From the NCBI GenBank assembly GCA_964566535.1, contig CAZMIO010000002.1:1-64000 (forward strand): DNA of 64,000 bases, read 5' to 3'. The translations under genes were made by a program, and so were the position numbers. Every line of letters starts with the position of its first letter. Within the stretch, counting starts at the first letter, position 1. This DNA comes from an uncultured Methanosarcinales archaeon. Its GTDB lineage: Archaea; Nanobdellota; Nanobdellia; Woesearchaeales; CAZOXR01. Shown here one piece after another: positions 1 to 9,195 of this stretch. The notes beneath the pieces were generated by a model. The model saw only the letters and a list, made by a program, of their open reading frames with translations. It was not told the origin of the DNA and searched no databases.

Positions 1-124
1 CAGCTATAGCAGCAACCCTTAATGTAGCATAACCCATTTCAATAGTCCTAAGGCCATGATCCAATCCAGCATAATTATCTTGACTAACATCGCCTATTCT
101 AGGCACATGGATATGATCTACCAT
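1..124 (-). CDS. 5' part of a hypothetical protein running off the left edge (MVDHIHVPRIGDVSQDNYAGLDHGLRTIEMGYATLRVAAIA...)
   Basis: Open frame from ATG at 124 to the window edge, with a GGTGA Shine-Dalgarno at 131-135 on the minus strand; not in the ORF track. Confidence 0.6.
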   Translation of the reverse strand, partial: MVDHIHVPRIGDVSQDNYAGLDHGLRTIEMGYATLRVAAIA

Positions 125-208
125 AATTTATCACCAATCCAACTAATCTAATAAGTCATATAAAAATATTATGAGTTTATTTATAAATAACAAAAGAAAA
201 TCCATACA

Positions 209-216
209 TTTATAAG
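209..216 (+). promoter_or_regulatory. Archaeal TATA box for the dys-panB transcript
   Basis: TTTATAAG lies 30 nt before an ATG (239), the same spacing as TATA-to-ATG at 3380/3410 and 17120/17150. Confidence 0.55.
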
Positions 217-321
217 CGTTCTTCCGTTAGTAAACCCTATGAACACAGTAAGAAATTTCGGATCTTAATTCTTTTCTATTAGTTATATTCATACAAAACC
301 TATTCTTAAACCAAAATAACC

Positions 322-1323
322 ATGAAACAAACAAAACAAGGATACATCCCCCAAAACTGCACAAATCTGGACCATTTCCCACAGATAAAAGGCTACGATT
401 TCAACGAAAAGTTTGACTTCAACAAATTCATAAAATCATACTCCCAAACAGGATTCCAAGCAACTAACCTAGGAAAAGCAATCCACATAATCAAAGCAAT
501 GATTAGAGAAAACGCAACAATCTACTTAGCAATAACCTCTAACATGATAACTTCAGGAGTAAGAGAAGTAATCAAATACTTAGTTCAACATAAACTAGTC
601 CATGTCTTAATAACAAGTGCAGGTGGGATTGAAGAAGACATAATAAAATCAATAAAACCTTTCGCTCTAGGTGAATTCAACTCAAACGGAAAAATATTAT
701 TCGATAAAGGAATAAACAGAACAGGAAACATATTCATAACAAGTGACCGCTACACTTATTTCGAAAAAACCTTAACTCCAATCCTAGACAAAGCCTACAG
801 ACTACAAAAAGAAAAGAAGAGACCACTATGTACTTCAGAAATTATAGACTTAGCAGGAAAAGAAATAAAAAATAAAGAATCAGTCTTACACTGGACCTCA
901 AAAAATAAGATTCCAGTTTTCTGCCCAGCTCTAACCGATGGAGCATTCGGAGATATGATCTACTTCGCAAAACAAAGACATAAAGATTTCTATGTTGACA
1001 TCTCAAAAGACATGCAAGATATCATAAACCTAACTACTAACGCAGAAAAAACAGGATTAATAATTCTAGGTGGCGGAGTTTCAAAACACTTCACATTAAA
1101 CGCACAAATCTTCAAAGAAGGTGCAGACTATGCAGTTTACGTAAACACCGGAAACGAATACGACGGCTCAGACTCAGGTGCAAAAACAGACGAAGCAGTA
1201 ACATGGGGGAAAATCAAAGCAAAAGCACCACAAGTAAAAGTACACGGAGACGCATCAATTATATTCCCCTTAATCGTAGCCGGAGTAGTAAATGATTTAA
1301 ACCCTAATACCCTCAAAAAATAA
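322..1323 (+). CDS. dys: Deoxyhypusine synthase
   Basis: GFQATNLG, TSNMITSGVRE, SAGGIEED, CPALTDG, ILGGGVSKH and DGSDSGA..EAVTWGKI (catalytic Lys) motifs. Confidence 0.96.
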   Translation: MKQTKQGYIPQNCTNLDHFPQIKGYDFNEKFDFNKFIKSYSQTGFQATNLGKAIHIIKAMIRENATIYLAITSNMITSGVREVIKYLVQHKLVHVLITSAGGIEEDIIKSIKPFALGEFNSNGKILFDKGINRTGNIFITSDRYTYFEKTLTPILDKAYRLQKEKKRPLCTSEIIDLAGKEIKNKESVLHWTSKNKIPVFCPALTDGAFGDMIYFAKQRHKDFYVDISKDMQDIINLTTNAEKTGLIILGGGVSKHFTLNAQIFKEGADYAVYVNTGNEYDGSDSGAKTDEAVTWGKIKAKAPQVKVHGDASIIFPLIVAGVVNDLNPNTLKK

Positions 1324-1324
1324 G

Positions 1325-2086
1325 ATGAAAATAGCAAAAATAAGATCAATGAAAGGAATCGAAAAAATCTCTGTCCTTACAGCTTACAGTTACAGTATAG
1401 CTAAAATAATGGACAACATAGTAGATATAATCCTAGTTGGTGATTCATTAGGCATGGTTGTATACGGCTTTGATGGAACAAGGGAAGTTAAGATGCAAGA
1501 CATGATAAGACATACTCAAGCAGTAGCAAACGGAGCAAAAAAAGCACTAATCATATCAGACCTACCCTATCAATCAGACTCAACCGAAGAAAGCGCAATA
1601 AAAAACGCCAAACTCCTAATAAAAGCAGGAGCAAATGCAGTAAAACCAGAAGGTAAACTACCTATCGTAGCTGCCCTAACAAAAGAAAACATCCCAGTCA
1701 TGGCCCACATTGGCCTTCTACCACAAACAGCAGAAAAATTCAATGTTCAAGGCAGAGACAAGCAAACAGCAGAAAAACTAATCAAAGAAGCAAAGCAACT
1801 TGAAGAAGCAGGAGCATTCGGGGTAGTCTTAGAAGCAATCCCCTCAGAATTAGCAAAACAAATAACTAAATCGATAGACATCCCAACAATTGGAATCGGA
1901 GCAGGCCCAAATTGCGATGGTCAAGTATTAGTTTCAAACGACATGCTAGGTTTATACGATAACTTTACACCAAAATTCGTAAAAAAATACGCTGACCTAA
2001 ATGAAATAATAACAAAAGCAGTAAAATCATACACAAACGACGTTAAGGAAGGAAAATTCCCCTCAAAGAAAGAGAGCTATGAATAA
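1325..2086 (+). CDS. panB: 3-methyl-2-oxobutanoate hydroxymethyltransferase
   Basis: LTAY, ILVGDSLGM, AVKPEG, AHIGLLPQ, IPTIGIGAG..CDGQVLV motifs. Confidence 0.96.
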   Translation: MKIAKIRSMKGIEKISVLTAYSYSIAKIMDNIVDIILVGDSLGMVVYGFDGTREVKMQDMIRHTQAVANGAKKALIISDLPYQSDSTEESAIKNAKLLIKAGANAVKPEGKLPIVAALTKENIPVMAHIGLLPQTAEKFNVQGRDKQTAEKLIKEAKQLEEAGAFGVVLEAIPSELAKQITKSIDIPTIGIGAGPNCDGQVLVSNDMLGLYDNFTPKFVKKYADLNEIITKAVKSYTNDVKEGKFPSKKESYE

Positions 2087-2168
2087 ATTCAAAGTTTTTA
2101 TTTAAAGATAAACTAATAATTTTAAACCATTGGGAAAAAATAATTAAAAATCGTATTGATAGTCAAAA

Positions 2169-3362
2169 ATGAACATAATAATTGGAGTAACATCTGGAAT
2201 CGCATGCTACAAAATCTTAGACTTAGTAGAAGAACTAAAAGAATTCAATATAGATGTAATCCTAACAGAAAACTCATTAAACTTAATAGACGAAAAAGAA
2301 TTCAAAAAACTAAAATGTAAAACTTACACAGAACTTTTCAACAAAAAGTTCAACTTCAAAAACTATCTAAAGAACAACAAAAAAATAAAACATATTTCAT
2401 TAGCAGACAAAGCAGACCTTCTAATAATCGCACCAGCAACAGCAAACACAATAGGAAAGCTAGCTAATGGAATAGCAAACGACCTCTTAACAACAACAGC
2501 ACTAGCAGTAGAATGCCCAGTCTTAATCTGCCCTTCGATGAACTCAAAGATGTACAACAACCAAATAGTACAAAACAACATAAAAAAGCTAAAAAAGCTA
2601 AACTACAACTTCATTGACCCGGAATATGGCGAGTTAGCTTGCGGTTACAAAGGAATTGGCCGTCTAGCAAACATAAAAAAGATAAAAACAGAAATCTTAA
2701 ACTTACTAATAAACAGAACTCAACTAAAAGGAAAGAAAATCATAGTTACAGCAGGCCCAACATCAGAAGATATTGATGAAGTTCGAACAATAACAAACAA
2801 AAGCTCAGGAAAGATGGGCATCTTCTTAGCAGAAGAAGCAGCAAAAAGAGGAGCTAATGTAACATTACTAAGAGGCCAAACTCAAATAGAACCATCCAAA
2901 AACATCAAAGACATAAAAGTTACTTCAGTCAATAATCTATACCAAAAAATAAAACAATCAGTAAAAAAGGCAGATATCATAATCCACGCAGCAGCAGTCT
3001 CAGACTTCACAATAAAGAAACAAAACAACAAAATGAAGTCAAACAAAGAACTAAACTTAAAACTAAAACCAACAATAAAAATCTTAGACCAAATAAAAAA
3101 ACTAAACAAAAAGACTTTCCTAGTAGCATTCAAAGCAGAACACAACCTAAAAAAATCAGAATTAATAAACAAAGCCTTCGCTACATTAAAAAAATCAAAC
3201 TCAGACTTAATAGTAGCAAATGACGTAAAAACAAACCACTTCGGCTCAGACACTAACCAAGTCCTAATCATAGACAAAAACAAAAAAATAACAACATTAA
3301 AACAAAACGAAAAAAGAATTATTGCTTCTCAGATTATAGATTATGTAATGAGGTATTTGTAA
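2169..3362 (+). CDS. coaBC: Bifunctional phosphopantothenoylcysteine decarboxylase/synthase
   Basis: GVTSGIACYK, HISLA, APATANTIGK, PSMN, LACG..G.GRL, VTAGPTSE.ID.VR.ITNKSSGKMG. Confidence 0.96.
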   Translation: MNIIIGVTSGIACYKILDLVEELKEFNIDVILTENSLNLIDEKEFKKLKCKTYTELFNKKFNFKNYLKNNKKIKHISLADKADLLIIAPATANTIGKLANGIANDLLTTTALAVECPVLICPSMNSKMYNNQIVQNNIKKLKKLNYNFIDPEYGELACGYKGIGRLANIKKIKTEILNLLINRTQLKGKKIIVTAGPTSEDIDEVRTITNKSSGKMGIFLAEEAAKRGANVTLLRGQTQIEPSKNIKDIKVTSVNNLYQKIKQSVKKADIIIHAAAVSDFTIKKQNNKMKSNKELNLKLKPTIKILDQIKKLNKKTFLVAFKAEHNLKKSELINKAFATLKKSNSDLIVANDVKTNHFGSDTNQVLIIDKNKKITTLKQNEKRIIASQIIDYVMRYL

Positions 3363-4427
3363 TCCCTAAAAACAAAATGTTTATATAGTTGTAGTCCCTA
3401 AATATCTCAATGTATATTGAAAAGAAAAAGATAGGTAAGAATGAATATAATTATCTTAAGATTTCAGTTAGATTAAAAAACAAAATAAAAACAAAGACTA
3501 TTGCTTATCTTGGGAAAGTTCCTATGAATAAACAAGAAATAAAAGACAAAATAGACAGGATTCCAAAATCTAAGATAAAAGAAATTGAGCAAGAACTTAA
3601 AAAAGATATTGATATTAATAAAGAATTCCTAAACAAAGTGCAATTAAAGAAATTAGAGCAATTAAAGAAAGATTTCAATAAAAAACTAAAAGTTCAAGAT
3701 AAAAAAATAATAAATGATATGTTTAAAGACTTCAAAACATTCTATATCTATAACACTAATGCAATTGAAGGTAATACGATTACATTAGAGGAAACTAATC
3801 TTTTATTAAATGAAAATAAAACTCCTGAAGGAAGAGATTTAAGAGAAATTTATGATCATATTAATGAAAAAGAGGCATTTGATTTTATTATTCAAACCAG
3901 ACCTAAGATAAATAATGATTTGATTATAAAACTACATTCAATGCTCTTAAACAAAATTGATAAAAGAATTGGAAATTATAGAACTCATAATGTAAGAGTT
4001 TTTGGAGCAGCATTTAACACTTCACCTGCTGAGTTAGTAAAGATAGACGTGTCATTATTGTTAAAATGGTACAACAAGAATAAAAAAAATCTTCATCCCC
4101 TGATATTGTCTGCAGTTTTCCATGAAAAATTTGAAAGAATACACCCTTTCTATGATGGAAATGGAAGAACAGGAAGGATGCTTGTTAATCTCATATTGAT
4201 TAATAATAAATTCCCGCCTTTAATCATCGAAAATAAAAAAAGAAAAGAGTATTATAATGTTTTATCTATAGGTCATAAAGCTGATTTAAATAAAGTAGAT
4301 ACTAATTTCTACAAACCAATTATAGAATTTTTTTACAATCAAATAATTCATACCTATGATAAAATATTCATTAAGTGGGGATAATGTAGTCCCTAAGATA
4401 ATTTTAAAGAAATAATGTAATCCCTAA
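3358..4427 (+). repeat. Four direct 12-bp repeats TGTARTCCCTAA (3358-3369, 3390-3401, 4385-4396, 4416-4427) bracketing the Fic gene
   Basis: Read directly: two copies flank the TATA box upstream and two follow the stop codon. Confidence 0.85.
3410..4384 (+). CDS. Fic-domain protein (AMPylase family) with a basic N-terminal putative DNA-binding domain
   Basis: Canonical Fic motif HPFYDGNGRTGR and the TNAIEGN inhibitory-helix motif. Confidence 0.92.
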   Translation: MYIEKKKIGKNEYNYLKISVRLKNKIKTKTIAYLGKVPMNKQEIKDKIDRIPKSKIKEIEQELKKDIDINKEFLNKVQLKKLEQLKKDFNKKLKVQDKKIINDMFKDFKTFYIYNTNAIEGNTITLEETNLLLNENKTPEGRDLREIYDHINEKEAFDFIIQTRPKINNDLIIKLHSMLLNKIDKRIGNYRTHNVRVFGAAFNTSPAELVKIDVSLLLKWYNKNKKNLHPLILSAVFHEKFERIHPFYDGNGRTGRMLVNLILINNKFPPLIIENKKRKEYYNVLSIGHKADLNKVDTNFYKPIIEFFYNQIIHTYDKIFIKWG

Positions 4428-4514
4428 AATAATCGATTAAAGTATAGTCACGGACAAAATTAATTGAACAATAGTTGTCCGTTCCTAATAAGCAAAGAGC
4501 AGTTTATTGCTCAA

Positions 4515-4570
4515 ATGTCAAAAATGTAACGCATTTTTGAGCATGCTCAGAAATGTTCCATTTCTGACAT
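4515..4570. repeat. Palindromic multi-hairpin repeat, copy 1
   Basis: ATGTCA-AAAATG(taacg)CATTTT-TGAGCATGCTCA-GAAATG(ttc)CATTTC-TGACAT; related copies at 39455 and 52297. Confidence 0.8.
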
Positions 4571-4591
4571 ATTTGTACTCTTTGCTATAAC

Positions 4592-6703
4592 TTAAAAATT
4601 CTTTCTTCTCAAAATATCATAACCAGACAAAAGAATCAAAGATGATATCATAATCACCAAAGTTATTAAGTTAGGCTTAAAACCCGGAGCACCTCCACCA
4701 CCACCCCTATAACCGCTTGAGCCTGGAGTAGTTGGAGGATTCATTGCATTATCGTAATTTTCGCTTATTTGTTCTTCTGTTAATGCACTATCATAGATTT
4801 TCACTTCGTCGATGACGCCGTTGAAACTATTTCCAACAGTGGGTTGTGCTCCAATTCTAAAAGGCCCAGTTGTATCCCTTATTCCAGAAGTGTCGTAACC
4901 ACAACTTGCTTTTAATTCACCGTTAAGATAGGTTTTCATGTAATTTCCATCAGCACTTATTATTGTAGCAAAATGATACCATTGGTTTGTTTGTATTGTT
5001 CCAGCAGGAGCATTACATGCTAATTGACCAACTCCTATTCTACTGACGGGAGTTGAGGTAAAATGTAGAAGTCCATTATTTCGTACCCAAAAAGTATATT
5101 CTCTTCTCTCACAACCAGTACCACAACCTGGATTTCCCTTCCAATATATGGATTGCCATCTTTCATCAAAGGCATTTAGTTTAAACCAACCTTCTACTGT
5201 AAGTTCTCTATCTGAGTGGAGAGATGATGAATCTAATACTTCAACATAATCATTAACACCATCAAACTCCAATCCAGTACCAACCTTACCAGTTGTCCAG
5301 TCAGTAAACTTTGCTTTTTTAGCAATAAAATGATCTTGGATTTCTTCTGGAGTTAATGATTTAGAGTAGATTGCAAGTTCGTCTATTTTGCCGTTGAACA
5401 ACCTATTATCATCATAAGTACTTCCTATTCGCAAATTTGATAAAGTAATAGTCTGTGCAGTAGTAATAGGTTCATCAGCCTCTTCTACTCCATTCACATA
5501 CATCCTATGGTAACCCTCGCTTTTATCATAGGTTACTGCGATGTGAAACCATCTGTTTAAATTACTGCTATCAAAAGTTGTTGTGCTAAAAGCACTTGGA
5601 GGCACATTGCTATTTATAGCAGACTGAATCTTGTTATCAGTTCCAATTTGAAAATGAATATTTCCTGTTGTCCAACCTTGATTTCCGAACAATCCCCTAA
5701 AATCACCTACACTACCTTGGGGGTAAATCCACATTTCTATTGTAAGTTCATCAGTATTTGGTAAATTAGGAACACTCACATAATCATCAACACCATCAAA
5801 TTCAAAAGCACCGTTACTAACTGCTCTTGCAGTGTCATGGGTATAAGTGCCATCAATATTTTCAAATTTATGCTCAGAAACAAGGCCATCAGTTGCTATA
5901 CTACCACCATTCATATTTGCAGTTATTTCATCATCATTTAATGCTCTATTGTAGATTCTTACTTCATCGATGATGCCGTTGAAAAAGGTATGAAAGCCTG
6001 CATAACCTATTGTTACTGGATCTGATGATGTAACAGGTGTGCCTGTATATGGACAAGTTTTTACATTTAAGCCATCAATATACATCTTTACATTGCTTCC
6101 ATCATATGTACAAGCAGCATGATACCATTCTCCAACAGGGTAACTATTATCACTCAGGCAATTAACATTACTAGGAGAACCATAAATCTGGCATAATATA
6201 TAGCCATCTGAATGTCTCCATAAACCATAATTTCTATTTTTACCATCGCCTTTCCCAACTATTCTTGCCCAATCAACAACACTAGAGGTAGGTTTAATCC
6301 AAGCTTCTATTGTATGCTCTTCGAGTCTTAATTCAGGAGAATCAGGAACTTCAACATAATCATCATCCCCATCAAACTCTAAAGCATTTCCAACTCTACC
6401 ACCTACTTGAGTAGCACCATGAATAGTACCACTAGTCCAAACTGCTCCATTTATGGTACCATCATTCAAATTACCGCTTTCATCACTAGCAGTTCCATCA
6501 TCAAAACTCATTAGTAATTTTGTGTTTTTGTTAAAAAATGTCCCAATATTTCCATTGTCAGAATCATCATTAATCACATCCATATCCATGTCATCACCAT
6601 CAAAACTATAATGTGCCACTAAATCAGCATAAACAAGATTGGTTAAAATAATTAAAACTGTTAAAAAAAGGAGGGATTTTTTTAATTGCATTTTAGGTTG
6701 CAT
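4592..6703 (-). CDS. Secreted LamG/concanavalin-A-like lectin (three LamG domains) with a C-terminal PGF-CTERM-like sorting signal
   Basis: Signal peptide; repeated LEFDG.DDYV, W.H.A.TYD and F.G.IDEV.IY..AL motifs; C-terminus GGGGGAPGF + TM helix + RRK. Confidence 0.88.
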   Translation of the reverse strand: MQPKMQLKKSLLFLTVLIILTNLVYADLVAHYSFDGDDMDMDVINDDSDNGNIGTFFNKNTKLLMSFDDGTASDESGNLNDGTINGAVWTSGTIHGATQVGGRVGNALEFDGDDDYVEVPDSPELRLEEHTIEAWIKPTSSVVDWARIVGKGDGKNRNYGLWRHSDGYILCQIYGSPSNVNCLSDNSYPVGEWYHAACTYDGSNVKMYIDGLNVKTCPYTGTPVTSSDPVTIGYAGFHTFFNGIIDEVRIYNRALNDDEITANMNGGSIATDGLVSEHKFENIDGTYTHDTARAVSNGAFEFDGVDDYVSVPNLPNTDELTIEMWIYPQGSVGDFRGLFGNQGWTTGNIHFQIGTDNKIQSAINSNVPPSAFSTTTFDSSNLNRWFHIAVTYDKSEGYHRMYVNGVEEADEPITTAQTITLSNLRIGSTYDDNRLFNGKIDELAIYSKSLTPEEIQDHFIAKKAKFTDWTTGKVGTGLEFDGVNDYVEVLDSSSLHSDRELTVEGWFKLNAFDERWQSIYWKGNPGCGTGCERREYTFWVRNNGLLHFTSTPVSRIGVGQLACNAPAGTIQTNQWYHFATIISADGNYMKTYLNGELKASCGYDTSGIRDTTGPFRIGAQPTVGNSFNGVIDEVKIYDSALTEEQISENYDNAMNPPTTPGSSGYRGGGGGAPGFKPNLITLVIMISSLILLSGYDILRRKNF

Positions 6704-7740
6704 TTATACTTTCATTTATAGTTTCATTAATAACAAAACTTTCATTAAACATTTCAAAATTCATTTTAATATCATCTAAACAGGAAGCTTTTAAATTCGA
6801 ATCAGTTATCTTTTCGCAATAAACCTTGCTTTCTTCTAAACTTATTTGATTAAAAGCAATGTTATAATTACAATCATCTTTAATATCAAATTGGGTGCAT
6901 AATTCTAAAGTCTTATTCGTATCCTGCTGAACCAAATCAGGCACCAGACTTAAAATACAATTATTTTTCAAAGAAACATTCCCTATATTGCTACAGATAT
7001 CAATTGATAAATTTATATCTCTTTTTACCACATACATACTCAGAAAATTCAAACATCTATTAACTTCAGATCCATCCTCAATCTTTTTGCATATATCTAT
7101 TGCTAAACTTACATTATTCTTTAGAGCATAAGGAGCAGCCCTGTATAAACATTTATCCCTTTTCTCTACATTCCTTGTTTTAACACAAGAATCAAGGGCC
7201 CCTGCAAAATCTTCATTAACAGACTCTAAAAAAGACGGTATCTCTGTTTTTTTAGGTTTATTATAAAAATAAAAGGACATACTAACTATAAGAAGTAATA
7301 GTACTAAACCGATAATCAATACTTTTTTGTCTATATTGTTAAGCAATTCTTTTAGCTTCTGATATACTGGTAATTGTGATATAAGTGTTATAATTCTTGA
7401 TGGTTGTTGCAATGGAACAGAGGGTCTTTGGCTGGGCACAAATTGTGGCTTTGGTTGTTGTATTGGTGGGAAGCGTTTAGGCTTTTGAACTGCTAACTTA
7501 GTTATTTGATTAGAAAAAATATATAATCTGTTATTTCCACCAGAAAGAACCTTGCCTACCACACTAATTGTGTCTCCAACCATAAGACTTAAGTTGCTAA
7601 AAACGAGTATAGACCCAGTATGATCAGAGATAGCGTAATAGCGGCCATTTGGTGCATTATGAATCTTATTGATCTTACCTAGCTACTCTAACTACCTTAT
7701 TAGTCATACTTCTATCAGAAGTTGCCTTAATAATGTCCAT
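6693..7740 (-). pseudogene. Membrane protein (N-terminal OB-fold, Pro/Gln linker, TM helix, Cys-rich helical repeats) interrupted by a +1 frameshift near 7680
   Basis: ATG 7740 gives MDIIKATSDRSMTNKVVRVAR*. Removing one base continues as GKINKIHNAPNGRYYAISDHTGSILVFSNLSLMVGDTISVVGKV, in frame with ORF 6693..7583 and OB-fold-like. Confidence 0.7.
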
Positions 7741-7834
7741 AAGAGGAATTTAGGTATTAATCTATAAAAAAGTATGTTGTTATTTTTAAATTACAACAAA
7801 TATTTTATAGTGCATCATCCCAAATATCTATTTT

Positions 7835-8350
7835 ATGAGTAAAAAATCAAAAAAAAAATTAAGATTGGATATTCTAAGTATGTTCTTATCAATCTCCTTG
7901 CTTTCAATATACCATCTTCTTAATAGCTATAACCTATATCAAAAAATAACTTATCCGATCCAATTAATTACCATAAACATTATCCATTTCCTGCAAAATC
8001 TATTTGGAATCGAAGTTGTCATCAACAACTTCAGCTTATTATACAACAATAGTCTAAATGTAGAAATTAGCCCAATATGTACTGGTATTGAGCAATTAAT
8101 CTTTTTCTTCTTTATGCTCTCCTTTTTTGTTGGTGTTGACTTTAAAACAAAAATAAAAGGATTTTTATTCTTTGCGCCAATAATAATCATCACAAACTTC
8201 TTAAGATTGTTTCTAATCTATCCTCTATCTATAGTTTACAGCATAGAAACAACATGGAAAATACATGATTTCATTTTTATCTATGGCCAAGGCTTCTTTC
8301 TATTAATCCTAGTCCTAATCTGGTACTATTTTTTTGTCAATAGACAATAG
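7835..8350 (+). CDS. Exosortase/archaeosortase family membrane transpeptidase
   Basis: Multi-TM protein with EISPICTG (Cys), NFLRL (Arg) and IHD (His) catalytic-triad motifs. Confidence 0.85.
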   Translation: MSKKSKKKLRLDILSMFLSISLLSIYHLLNSYNLYQKITYPIQLITINIIHFLQNLFGIEVVINNFSLLYNNSLNVEISPICTGIEQLIFFFFMLSFFVGVDFKTKIKGFLFFAPIIIITNFLRLFLIYPLSIVYSIETTWKIHDFIFIYGQGFFLLILVLIWYYFFVNRQ

Positions 8351-8381
8351 TTTTTTAAATAGGATTAATTTAATCAAAATA

Positions 8382-9194
8382 ATGGCAAAAGCATTCTCTC
8401 CAGCAAATGTAAGCTGTATCTTCAGAATAATTGAAAACAGAAATAAACTAAAGAGACATTCCCTGGGAATTGGATTCACAGTAACCAAAGGAGCAGCTGT
8501 CGAAGTAAAAAAGTCAAAGAAAAACAAAATCCTGTTAAACAACAAAACATTCAGAATACCAACATTAACAACAGTAAGAAACGAGTTAACACCTCAACCA
8601 TTAACAATCCACATAACTGCAGAACTTCCATTCGGGACAGGATTTGGCTTAAGCGGAGCATCAGCATTGGCATTAGCTTACGCAATAAACAAACTCCTAA
8701 GACTAAAAAAATCAAAAAGGCAACTAGCAATATTAGCACACCAAGCAGAAGTAATAAATGGTACAGGCTTAGGTGATGTTGGCGGACAATTCAACGGCGG
8801 ATTCATGGCAAAGCTAAAAAAAGGCCATCCACTAACAGTAAAACAACTAAGAATAAAACAAAAACATATCCACTACAAAGTTTTCAGTAAATTAGATACA
8901 AAAACAGTAATAACAAATAAAAATAAACAAAACAAGATTAACAAAGCAGGAGAAAAAGCACTTAAAAAAATAAAACAATTAAAGAAACCAACACTAAAAG
9001 ACGTAATAATCATATCAAAAGAATTCGCAACAAACAGCAACTTATTAAAGAACAAAAGGGTAAAGAATCTAATCAAAAAGATAGAAGAAAATAATGGAAA
9101 GGCCTCAATGATAATGTTAGGTAATGCAGTTTTTGCAGACACCAAATTCAAAGGCTCAAAAAAACTAACAATAACAAACAAAGCAGCTAAATAA
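8382..9194 (+). CDS. Pantoate kinase (GHMP family, archaeal PoK)
   Basis: MAKAFSPANVSCIF, SLGIGF, LPFGTGFGLSGA, AH.AEV..GTGLGDV, SMIMLGNAVF; start placed at ATG 8382. Confidence 0.92.
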   Translation: MAKAFSPANVSCIFRIIENRNKLKRHSLGIGFTVTKGAAVEVKKSKKNKILLNNKTFRIPTLTTVRNELTPQPLTIHITAELPFGTGFGLSGASALALAYAINKLLRLKKSKRQLAILAHQAEVINGTGLGDVGGQFNGGFMAKLKKGHPLTVKQLRIKQKHIHYKVFSKLDTKTVITNKNKQNKINKAGEKALKKIKQLKKPTLKDVIIISKEFATNSNLLKNKRVKNLIKKIEENNGKASMIMLGNAVFADTKFKGSKKLTITNKAAK

Positions 9195-9195
9195 A

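Noticed and set aside
3358..4427. CRISPR interpretation of the 12-bp repeats spaced 31-32 nt apart
   Set aside because: Repeats are too short, there are only two per side, and no cas genes are present
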